Of a stretch of 64,000 nucleotides of DNA, positions 56,344-63,605 are shown one piece after another. Within the stretch, counting starts at the first letter, position 1, and each line of letters opens with the position of its first letter. The notes beneath the pieces are model-generated. The model saw only the letters and a list, made by a program, of their open reading frames with translations, did no database searches and was not told the DNA's origin. Origin of the DNA: a virus; IMG/VR virus record IMGVR_UViG_3300011443_000014, positions 2,563-66,562 of that record, one strand, 5' to 3'. The position numbers and the translations under genes are program-made.

Positions 56344-56361
56344 TAAGCCCCGAAGGGCTTA
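56344..56361 (-). terminator. UUCG hairpin (possible weak terminator/processing site)
   Basis: TAAGCCC-TTCG-GGGCTTA overlapping the DUF1257 stop; weak U tract. Confidence 0.45.
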
Positions 56362-56814
56362 CCGCTGGTACCCCATGACGACGACTTCACCGGTCGACTG
56401 GTCGACGTGTCGCGTCACGTCGTACCCTTCGGCCATCAGCGAACGCGCCGAGGTCTCGGCCGCGTATTCCTGGCGCAGCCGCTCGAGGCTCCGACCGGCC
56501 ACGGCCTCGAGGCCATAGCCTTCGTGCCAGTTGTCGTACACCAGCGCGAACCCGTCGCCGTCGGTCGCCTTGACGACGCCGATCTCGTACGCGTTCGTGT
56601 TGTTCGGCACGCCGATGGCGTGCTCGCACTTCCCGAAGGTCTTCGGGTCGCGGGTCCGGGCCGCCGCGTCGTTGCCGCGGTAGTCGCCGACGAATCGGCC
56701 GTACCACTTGTGCGTCTTCTGGTCGGTTCGGAATTCCAGACCGACGTTCAGGCTCGCTTGCGCGAGGGCGTTCAGGTCGAGGACCTTCAGGTCCATCTCT
56801 ACGACGTGGGACAT
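56359..56814 (-). CDS. DUF1257 (Ycf35-like) protein
   Basis: MSH..LDLNALAQA..GLEF..YEIGV..FALVYDNW..RLRQEYA..GY. Confidence 0.8.
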   Translation of the reverse strand: MSHVVEMDLKVLDLNALAQASLNVGLEFRTDQKTHKWYGRFVGDYRGNDAAARTRDPKTFGKCEHAIGVPNNTNAYEIGVVKATDGDGFALVYDNWHEGYGLEAVAGRSLERLRQEYAAETSARSLMAEGYDVTRHVDQSTGEVVVMGYQR

Positions 56815-57113
56815 TGCACACTCTCCTTCTGTTGTTCGACGGTCGACGACGACGAGGGCTTCAGGACCAGGTACTGGTTGTAGACGCACTCGGTGACGCG
56901 CGTGGCGTGGTTGTAGCGGCGACCCGCATAGTAGGTCGTGCCGCGTCGGTCGTTGTTCAAATAGGTCACGGTCGACATCTTCAGGCGGACGTCGAGGATC
57001 TGCACCTTCCGCCACGTTCCCGTGCAGTCCTTGTAGAGGGTCACGCCGTCAGGGTTCGCACGATGGGCGATCAGCCGCTCGACGAGCAGACGGTCCGCGG
57101 CGGCGCGGGTCAT
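56799..57113 (-). CDS. Hypothetical protein
   Basis: MTRAAADRLL..; ATGA coupling. Confidence 0.55.
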   Translation of the reverse strand: MTRAAADRLLVERLIAHRANPDGVTLYKDCTGTWRKVQILDVRLKMSTVTYLNNDRRGTTYYAGRRYNHATRVTECVYNQYLVLKPSSSSTVEQQKESVQCPTS

Positions 57114-57355
57114 CGCGCCACCGCCACATACACCGGCACGACGATGGTGTGCAGCCGACCGGACCCGAGCAGGGAGTCTCGCATCCGGATCGCCGCGGTC
57201 ATGTCGACGAAGGGGATCGCGTAGTCGGAACCACCGGGCATCCAGCAGGACGACTCCGTATCGTAGACCCATGAGGTCCCGTCGACGAGGTCTTCCTGGC
57301 GGAGTGAGTAGCGGATAACAGGGGCGGGCGGGTTCGTCGTCGTCGTGTTCGTCAT
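57110..57355 (-). CDS. Hypothetical protein
   Basis: First gene after promoter copy B. Confidence 0.55.
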   Translation of the reverse strand: MTNTTTTNPPAPVIRYSLRQEDLVDGTSWVYDTESSCWMPGGSDYAIPFVDMTAAIRMRDSLLGSGRLHTIVVPVYVAVAR

Positions 57356-57383
57356 CGTCGTCTCCCGTCGGACCATCCGACCC

Positions 57384-57426
57384 GAGTGATGTTACTACGC
57401 ATAGTAACACCACGTCAACCCCCCGG
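57384..57426 (-). promoter_or_regulatory. Conserved early promoter/operator, copy B
   Basis: TTGACG(57413-18)-18 bp-TAACAT(57389-94); here GTTACTA-TGCG-TAGTAAC is a perfect inverted repeat. Confidence 0.8.
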
Positions 57427-57451
57427 CAACCCTTAGGAAAACCGGGGGGTT
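57417..57451 (-). terminator. 10-bp stem hairpin after the AAA gene, overlapping the -35 of copy B
   Basis: aaccccccgg-15nt-ccggggggtt. Confidence 0.5.
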
Positions 57452-57460
57452 TACCGAGGT

Positions 57461-59068
57461 CTAGCTCTCCAGTTTGATGTCCCGCTTCCGCACGTTCGAC
57501 GGCACCGGCAGGGCCAGTTCCGGCTTCGCCGTGGACGGGGTCACATAGGAGTCACCGGTTCGGGCATCGACGAACCCGGACGCCACGGCTTGCTGCCGCA
57601 GACCCTCGACCAGTCCGGGGTTGCTCCGGTAGATCGACACGATCTTCCGGGCCGCATCGGTCAGGGGCTTCTTCGTCCGTGCCGAGATCTCGCAGCACGC
57701 CTTCACTTCGGCGCCGGTCCAGTTCGTCGACACCGGCAAGGGCTGGGCCGCCAGTTTGTACGTCTTCATGTAGTGCGCCCAGAGGGCCGCCATCCCACGA
57801 TCTGTCGGGAGGTCGAAGTAGTAGAGGCCGTACTTGAATCGACGCCGCAGTTCGGGCGGCATGGCCTCGAGGCCGTTGCACGTCGCAATCATCAGGACGC
57901 GGCCTTGACCGACGGCATCGACGACCGACAGGCCGTGACGGATGCGCGCCTGGCTGCCACCGACGAGCTCGTTCTGCATCGCGCCGAGGTCGAACTTCAC
58001 CGTCGGGGCGCCGCAGTAGGAACCGGCCGCCTTCGCAAACGCCGACTTCCCGGTACCAGGTGCGCCCATCAGGAGCAGGCCGACGACGTCACGGAACCCG
58101 TCGGCGCCATCGGACCACGACAGCAACTGGCCGACCTGATCCTGCGCCACGCCGCTCGTGTCGCCACGGAACCCGGCGATCGACTTCTCGATCTCGTCCA
58201 GCCACATGACGACGCGCGGCGACCAGTGCTTCGACAGGTCACGCACAAACTCCGCGGCGCCGTCGACGTCCTGCAGTTCGGTGAACTGTTCCTTTCCGCG
58301 GTAGACGCTCAGGCCTTCGGTCTGTTCGATGACGCTGATCTTCCGGGACCAGAGCTCGTCCTTGTCGACGCCGGCCTTGCGCAGCGACAGGGCCGTCACC
58401 TGTTCGACGGCGAAGGCCGACAGGCCGATGGTCGCGTCGACCAGTTGATCGAGGGTCGGCGCATCGGGCTTCGTCACCTTCCCTTGTTCGAATACGTCAT
58501 TGATGATCTTCCGCACGGCTTCGTCGTCGGGCAGGGCTTCGGCGAAGACGAGCACGTCGTTCACCAGTTCCGTCGGCAGACGCAGCGACGGCGCGAGCAG
58601 CACGAGGGTTCGGCCGTCTTCCTTGAACGGGTCACGGGCGATCGTGACGGCCTGGATGGACGGTGTCGAGCGGGAGTCGGGACCGCCGACGACGCGGTGC
58701 GCGTTCATGGCGAACACGCAGCCGCCTTCCGGCAACCCGGACACGGTCTTCGTCCCGTTCACGAGGACGTCGACGGCCGTCGTGAAGTCGATGGTCCGGG
58801 CCAGGACGAACGGCGGGGCCGGCGGCTGGTTCGGCTTCGGCGGACGGGGCGCCTCGAGGGCCGCGATCCACGCGCGGGCCGCATCGTTCTCCGGGGTCAG
58901 GCCTCGCACGCAATCCCACGTCAGGATCGCGTCGACGCCGACCACGGCGGCGAGGGTCTTAATCGTCTCGGGCTGATCGGGCGTCTCGACGCCGAGGATG
59001 GGCACGCCCTTGTTCCTGGCGTTTTTGAACGTCTCGGACAGTTTCGTCGGGTGAATCGTCAGGCTCAT
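57461..59068 (-). CDS. Ycf46-like AAA+ ATPase with permuted motif order
   Basis: Start MSLTIHP; VMWLDEIEK precedes GAPGTGKS; IATCN sensor-1; PPELRRRF. Confidence 0.88.
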   Translation of the reverse strand: MSLTIHPTKLSETFKNARNKGVPILGVETPDQPETIKTLAAVVGVDAILTWDCVRGLTPENDAARAWIAALEAPRPPKPNQPPAPPFVLARTIDFTTAVDVLVNGTKTVSGLPEGGCVFAMNAHRVVGGPDSRSTPSIQAVTIARDPFKEDGRTLVLLAPSLRLPTELVNDVLVFAEALPDDEAVRKIINDVFEQGKVTKPDAPTLDQLVDATIGLSAFAVEQVTALSLRKAGVDKDELWSRKISVIEQTEGLSVYRGKEQFTELQDVDGAAEFVRDLSKHWSPRVVMWLDEIEKSIAGFRGDTSGVAQDQVGQLLSWSDGADGFRDVVGLLLMGAPGTGKSAFAKAAGSYCGAPTVKFDLGAMQNELVGGSQARIRHGLSVVDAVGQGRVLMIATCNGLEAMPPELRRRFKYGLYYFDLPTDRGMAALWAHYMKTYKLAAQPLPVSTNWTGAEVKACCEISARTKKPLTDAARKIVSIYRSNPGLVEGLRQQAVASGFVDARTGDSYVTPSTAKPELALPVPSNVRKRDIKLES

Positions 59069-59081
59069 GGTCAGTCTCCCT

Positions 59082-59465
59082 TTACGCAGCGTGGAACGTG
59101 AAAAACGCACGGAGGATCAAGTCGATGACGCGGGCGTGTGGCAGCACGCCGGCAGCGTCCAGCCTCAGCGGACGGAGCAGGGCGTACTCTCGCTTGTCGC
59201 CGCGCACCGTGTAGGCACGGCTCGGGAACAGCACCGTGTAGCGGTTCTTCCGCACTTCAGGCGACACCGGGACCATGTCGGTGACGTGTCGCTCGTGGAT
59301 CGTGAACCCCATCAGGCGCATCCCCGTCAGCGGGCCGTCGACGAAGTGAATCTCGGCTTCGGCGACCTTCGTGTTCCCGGCCTTCACCGGGGTCGGCGTG
59401 ATCTTCACGAACACGCCGTCGAGCTCCACGACTTCTCCGTGATCAATCACAGTCGTCATCGTCAT
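59082..59465 (-). CDS. SpoVG-like protein
   Basis: AEAEIHF..MRLMGFTI..VLFPSR..YALLRP. Confidence 0.55.
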   Translation of the reverse strand: MTMTTVIDHGEVVELDGVFVKITPTPVKAGNTKVAEAEIHFVDGPLTGMRLMGFTIHERHVTDMVPVSPEVRKNRYTVLFPSRAYTVRGDKREYALLRPLRLDAAGVLPHARVIDLILRAFFTFHAA

Positions 59466-59574
59466 CCTCCCGCGCGAAGTCTCGCGCCTCGTCGTAGTCC
59501 AGATCAGGATCGCCGGCGTCGGACAGGACGTGTCCGTCGTCGTCGGTCGGAAAGTAGTCCAGCAGTCGGTTCAT
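59443..59574 (-). CDS. 43-aa highly acidic peptide
   Basis: MNRLLDYFPTDDDGHVLSDAGDPDLDYDEARDFAREDDDDDCD; GAGGA RBS; not in track. Confidence 0.55.
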   Translation of the reverse strand: MNRLLDYFPTDDDGHVLSDAGDPDLDYDEARDFAREDDDDDCD

Positions 59575-59582
59575 GGTGTCCT

Positions 59583-59660
59583 CTAGGACAGGTCGACGGT
59601 GACGTCGTGGGCTCGGCACAGGCCCACGACAAAGGTGAACAGGATCACGATGACGGTCAC
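59583..59660 (-). CDS. 25-aa hydrophobic peptide
   Basis: GTGA-coupled; MTVIVILFTFVVGLCRAHDVTVDLS. Confidence 0.4.
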   Translation of the reverse strand: MTVIVILFTFVVGLCRAHDVTVDLS

Positions 59661-59893
59661 GACTCGAACACCCGTGCGATCTCGTCGGCGTCTTCGGTCA
59701 GGTGCTGCGCGCCACGCTCGACCGCCGCGACCATGTCGGACAGGGTCTCGATGGCCGTCGTCATCGCTTCGCGCTCTTCGACGTTCGCCGGGCGGGCGAT
59801 GTCCTCGAGGTCGATCTGGATCGCTTCGATCAGTTCGGCGAAGGTCTTCGCCGCATCACGCGCACGCAACACTTTGTCTTTGATCGTCGTCAT
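59657..59893 (-). CDS. Small acidic helical protein
   Basis: 78 aa, GGGAGAC RBS. Confidence 0.6.
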   Translation of the reverse strand: MTTIKDKVLRARDAAKTFAELIEAIQIDLEDIARPANVEEREAMTTAIETLSDMVAAVERGAQHLTEDADEIARVFES

Positions 59894-59908
59894 CGTCAGT
59901 CTCCCGGG

Positions 59909-60109
59909 TTAGCGAACGAACGCCGCAAACTCGCAACCGTTGCAGAGCACCACGCGCTTCGTGACGAGGCGCACGGTCATCGGCAGGTTGATCAGGTGAT
60001 AGGGTTCGGCGACCGTCTGTTCGACGGTGCACTTGGGATCGAAGGTGAGAGTCGAGCCGCACTCGGGGCAAGTCGTCGGGGCCGTCTTCAGCGTCGGGGT
60101 CATCGTCAT
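59909..60109 (-). CDS. Zn-ribbon protein, first gene after promoter copy C
   Basis: CPEC..CNGC. Confidence 0.6.
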   Translation of the reverse strand: MTMTPTLKTAPTTCPECGSTLTFDPKCTVEQTVAEPYHLINLPMTVRLVTKRVVLCNGCEFAAFVR

Positions 60110-60147
60110 CTCCCGTGTCGGCCATCACTCACCGGCCAACAACACGG

Positions 60148-60188
60148 ATGATGTTACTACGCATAGTGTTACTACGTCAACCCCCCGG
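60148..60188 (-). promoter_or_regulatory. Conserved early promoter/operator, copy C
   Basis: TTGACG(60175-80)-18 bp-TAACAT(60151-56); identical to copy A across the core. Confidence 0.8.
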
Positions 60189-60258
60189 TTTTCCTTCGGG
60201 AATTCTCAATCTGTCAGACCGTGTCCGGGCCGCACGTCATAGCGGCATAGGGGGATTG

Positions 60259-60477
60259 ATGATGACGAACACACGACGCGGACCGACGTCAGGGATCTAC
60301 ACCAGCGGGTGCCGATGGGTCAGTCGCAAGGCCCAGCGCGACGAGTGCCGCCGACTGCGACAGATGGAAGTGGAGAACGCGCGGCGAGAACGTCGGGTCG
60401 TGCGTCACAGCTGCTGCGGACAAACCGGATCCGGTTGCTCGTGCTGCTACGACGACGACCCGACGGTCGAGTACTAG
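60259..60477 (+). CDS. Possible lone plus-strand gene, basic with Cys cluster
   Basis: AGGGGGA RBS; MMTNTRRG..CCGQTGSGCSCC; stop shares CTAG with the convergent gene. Confidence 0.35.
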   Translation: MMTNTRRGPTSGIYTSGCRWVSRKAQRDECRRLRQMEVENARRERRVVRHSCCGQTGSGCSCCYDDDPTVEY

Positions 60478-60698
60478 TCGATGGGAGTCGGGTCGCCGTC
60501 GACCTGGCCTTCGGCGTCCTGGCGGCGGCGCTCGATGCGGCGATCGTAGTCCGCGATCTTCTCGTCGAGGATCGCGTTCCCGGCTTCGTCGGTCTGGTCG
60601 ACGGCGCCACGAATCGCCGCGAGGGCACCGCTGCCGACCTTCACCAGTTGCGAGCCGACTTCAATCCAGACGAGCACTGAGGCGGGGTCGAACGGCAT
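60474..60698 (-). CDS. Small protein, last gene of the lysis cassette
   Basis: AAGGAG RBS; amphipathic N-terminal helix. Confidence 0.65.
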   Translation of the reverse strand: MPFDPASVLVWIEVGSQLVKVGSGALAAIRGAVDQTDEAGNAILDEKIADYDRRIERRRQDAEGQVDGDPTPID

Positions 60699-61227
60699 GG
60701 CTCTCTCCTTGGCGAACGGCAATCCGCGCTTCGTACGCGGTGCTCAGGAACGGCACTTCCTCGTAGGCGACGGACACCTGAAGCGGCAGCGCCGTCAGGA
60801 TAGCGATGGCGGCTTGCTGCACGAAGATCACCTTCCCCACGATCTTCGACTTCGCGGTGTTGTCGCGCAGGAGCTCCGTCGCGCTCAGCGCCAGCGCGCC
60901 GACCTGGTCGATCAACGTGCGAATCTCGGACGGCATCGGCTGGCCGACCGGCCATTGTCGCGCCGTCACCGTCGCGGCCTTCGCGGTCTCGAGGACCGGG
61001 ATCAGTTTCGCGCTGAACGCTTGATGTTCGGCCGGCGTGATGCACAGGGTCGGGCCGTCGCACGTCGCCTTCGATTCGAACACCACGCGTTCGGTATCGT
61101 CGACCGCGGCGATCGCGGCGTGGAGGCCGACCATACTGACCGTCACGTACTTCCGGGCGTTCGACTTCAGGGCGCAGCCCGTGGTCAGCACCGCGAAGAC
61201 GACAAGGATCGAGAGACGTCGCAACAT
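60661..61227 (-). CDS. Lipoprotein (possible o-spanin/accessory)
   Basis: MLRRLSILVVFAVLTTG-C lipobox. Confidence 0.75.
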   Translation of the reverse strand: MLRRLSILVVFAVLTTGCALKSNARKYVTVSMVGLHAAIAAVDDTERVVFESKATCDGPTLCITPAEHQAFSAKLIPVLETAKAATVTARQWPVGQPMPSEIRTLIDQVGALALSATELLRDNTAKSKIVGKVIFVQQAAIAILTALPLQVSVAYEEVPFLSTAYEARIAVRQGESHAVRPRLSARLD

Positions 61228-61244
61228 GGGGAAGGTCCTTTCGG

Positions 61245-61574
61245 TTAGACGGTCGGACTGCTACCGGCGCCGCCGCCTGGCGGAGGCGTCATCCTCGAGA
61301 CCGCCTCACCACTCGCACGGGTGAAGCCGAAGATCCCGGCGGCCTGAAGCATCACGGCGATCCAGCCGACGAAGTATTCCCAGACGTTCGGGCCGGCAAA
61401 CATGATGCCCTTCGAGTATCCGAACAGGGCCACGCCGAGCAGGGAGTAGAGCATCACGGCCAGCGGACCGTAGGAGTCTTTCAGGAACCCCCACTTCGAC
61501 AACTGCACCAGCGCAACCACGGCCGTCGAGATGGCGAGCGAGTCGATCACCGGGGAACCTGTCACAGAATCCAT
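61245..61574 (-). CDS. Three-TM holin-like protein
   Basis: Three hydrophobic helices; lysis cassette; GAAGGAG RBS. Confidence 0.65.
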   Translation of the reverse strand: MDSVTGSPVIDSLAISTAVVALVQLSKWGFLKDSYGPLAVMLYSLLGVALFGYSKGIMFAGPNVWEYFVGWIAVMLQAAGIFGFTRASGEAVSRMTPPPGGGAGSSPTV

Positions 61575-61624
61575 AGGGGGCTCTCCTTCAGGCCGTCACG
61601 GTAACACGGGCCAGTCGTGCGGGT

Positions 61625-61768
61625 CTAGCGAGTCGGGAACCCGAGCAGCAGCAGCACCGCGAGGGACAACAGGAGCACCGCGGGCCAGAGCGGCACCTTC
61701 CCGACGGCCGACACAATCGAGATGACGAACGCGCCGAGGGCGAGCAGGATCGCAAGGGATGGGAACAC
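61625..61768 (-). CDS. 47-aa two-TM peptide
   Basis: AGGAGG RBS; MFPSLAILLALGAFVISIVSAVGKVPLWPAVLLLSLAVLLLLGFPTR; not in track. Confidence 0.6.
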   Translation of the reverse strand: MFPSLAILLALGAFVISIVSAVGKVPLWPAVLLLSLAVLLLLGFPTR

Positions 61769-61769
61769 G

Positions 61770-62024
61770 TTAGCCTCCTGGCTTGTGACGACGGAATCCG
61801 AGGGCTTCGAGGGCCGCCATCGCCAGGATCGTCTTCCCCTCCGTCATGTCGAAGGTCGTCGCGTTCACCTTCATCAGGACGAACAGGACCGCCACCTTCG
61901 TCAGCGGGTTGTTCACGATTCGGCTCAGACGGGCGTAGACGAGGCGACAGCGCTCCCACCATGTCGACGGCCGCCGGCGCCGTCGTCGTCGCTTCGGCGG
62001 CTTCTGGTCGGCCTCAGGGCTCAT
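61770..62024 (-). CDS. Membrane protein with polyarginine N-terminus (holin/antiholin-like)
   Basis: ATGA overlap with the endolysin stop; KRRRRRRR, then hydrophobic helices. Confidence 0.6.
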   Translation of the reverse strand: MSPEADQKPPKRRRRRRRPSTWWERCRLVYARLSRIVNNPLTKVAVLFVLMKVNATTFDMTEGKTILAMAALEALGFRRHKPGG

Positions 62025-62515
62025 TCCAGTAACCGGCGCACGCCGAGCACGCGCCCGACGGGGAAGACCTGGACGTTGACCGCGTCGGCTTGATTGCCGC
62101 CCAGTAGGGCCACCGACTTCACCTGATTCGTCGAGGGGTCGAAGTCGAACGCGCTGTAAAACCCGACGTGTCCCGGTGCGGCGATCACTTCCGGGCCTGG
62201 CTGCGTACCCACACCGCGCTGTAGCACGACGATGTCGAACCCGCGCACGGCGTGCTGCAACGAGATCGGCCGGCCGACGCCGAGCCAGGACCGTGCCGCC
62301 AGCGACTTCGACCGCGGCAACCGCAGATGCCAGCAGATCCAGTTCACGAACGCCGAGCACCACGGGGTCTCGTCCTCGAGCACGGCCGACTTGCGATCGA
62401 GGTTGAGCATCGCCTTGACCACGGGCGTCGAGGTCAGGCCTGGGGTCTCCTTGACGCCCGTGTAGCGCTCAGCGACGTCGTAGGCGGTCAGGTCAAGGTG
62501 TTGCACGTGGAACAC
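62021..62515 (-). CDS. Endolysin, NlpC/P60-CHAP (TIGR02594-like)
   Basis: DETPWCSAFVNW, GHVGFY, LLGGNQ. Confidence 0.88.
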   Translation of the reverse strand: MFHVQHLDLTAYDVAERYTGVKETPGLTSTPVVKAMLNLDRKSAVLEDETPWCSAFVNWICWHLRLPRSKSLAARSWLGVGRPISLQHAVRGFDIVVLQRGVGTQPGPEVIAAPGHVGFYSAFDFDPSTNQVKSVALLGGNQADAVNVQVFPVGRVLGVRRLLE

Positions 62516-62528
62516 TCCATCCGACGAA

Positions 62529-62924
62529 TTAGTCGATCATCCCGAGACGCCAGCGCTCGAGCCGCTGGATTCGTTCGCGCAATTCCTTGTCGTTCTGTAG
62601 CAACAAGGCCTCGAGCCGTGACTCCGGTTGCGTTGTGGCTTTCCGGTCCATCTTCGGAATGATGTCCCCGAACATGGCACGCTCGAGCAAATCGAGTCGC
62701 GCGTCGAGGTCGGCCAGGATCACCGTCCGCTGAAGTAGCACGTTCTGCACGGTGCCGTCGAGTTGATTCACGCGGGTTTCGAGGACGTAGGTGTCTCGCA
62801 GTCGGATCACGGCAAACGTCAGGGCGATCAGGAGGGCGCCGACGCTCAGGCCGCCACCGATCAAGGTCGCGGTGTGCTTGACCGTGTTCCACCGTTTATT
62901 GGTCGAAGCATCGTTGCCGCGCAT
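62529..62924 (-). CDS. Single-TM coiled-coil protein (i-spanin-like, tentative)
   Basis: TM helix followed by coiled coil; AAAGGA RBS. Confidence 0.6.
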   Translation of the reverse strand: MRGNDASTNKRWNTVKHTATLIGGGLSVGALLIALTFAVIRLRDTYVLETRVNQLDGTVQNVLLQRTVILADLDARLDLLERAMFGDIIPKMDRKATTQPESRLEALLLQNDKELRERIQRLERWRLGMID

Positions 62925-63201
62925 GGTCGTCCTTTGCTGCATTGGAGCAGGCGCGCTGGGAAATCCGGATCAGCGAATTCGTCAGAGCGACCAGTTCCGA
63001 GACTTGTTCGCGCGTTTGCTTCATCTCCTGGCGGGTCGCTTGCTGTTCGCGCACGATGTCAGGCAACCATTGCGAACCGACGAGGACCACGTACACCGCG
63101 ATCGCGCCGGGAATTCCCACGAAACCAATCGCCTGGGCCCACGACTTCAGTGAGCTCCAGTCTGACCCGCCGCCGTTCAGGATCCCGTGTCCGTTTGCCA
63201 T
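62896..63201 (-). CDS. Holin-like single-TM protein
   Basis: IGFVGIPGAIAVYVVL, then coiled coil. Confidence 0.65.
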   Translation of the reverse strand: MANGHGILNGGGSDWSSLKSWAQAIGFVGIPGAIAVYVVLVGSQWLPDIVREQQATRQEMKQTREQVSELVALTNSLIRISQRACSNAAKDDHARQRCFDQ

Positions 63202-63269
63202 GGTCCACCTTTGCTAGTCGTCGCCAAGCGAAAGTTTGCCATGGCTGCCGTGATGGCGTTGCACAGTCG

Positions 63270-63605
63270 TTAGACCTTATGGACGAGGATCGTATCAGGC
63301 GCGCCGTTCGGAAAAAACACGACGTCGCCCAGCCCGTCCGTCACCTTCCAGTGCAGCGCGTACGACTTGCCGCCTTGCGCGCCACGGAAGTCGGTCGCGT
63401 CAGGCTTGAAGTAGACCTTCCCCGTCGAGGGGTCGGCGTCGATGCGCACGTCTCCGGACGTCTCGATGTACGCGCTGCCTTCCTCAGGACGTGCGAATAG
63501 TTCGACCGTCATCCCGCCCAGCGGCTGAACGACACCGTCGACGGCCAGCACGAACGGCCCGAGCTCTGCCGTCCAGCCTTCCGTGATCTCGAGCAGCAGG
63601 CTCAT
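63270..63605 (-). CDS. BppU N-terminal-like Ig-fold protein
   Basis: DPSTGKVYFKPDATDF..YALHWKVT..FFPN. Confidence 0.7.
   Translation of the reverse strand: MSLLLEITEGWTAELGPFVLAVDGVVQPLGGMTVELFARPEEGSAYIETSGDVRIDADPSTGKVYFKPDATDFRGAQGGKSYALHWKVTDGLGDVVFFPNGAPDTILVHKV

Noticed and set aside
53223-60188. Repeated 40-bp elements as a CRISPR array or att sites
   Set aside because: Spaced kilobases apart, each has -35/-10 boxes ahead of an operon, and no cas operon or integrase is present
156-63500. Numerous long plus-strand and alternate-frame ORFs in the track (e.g. 12385-14169, 24076-25899, 46149-48053, 47957-49882, 57590-59101)
   Set aside because: Arg/Pro/Gly-rich shadow frames of GC-rich minus-strand genes, with no motifs or RBS
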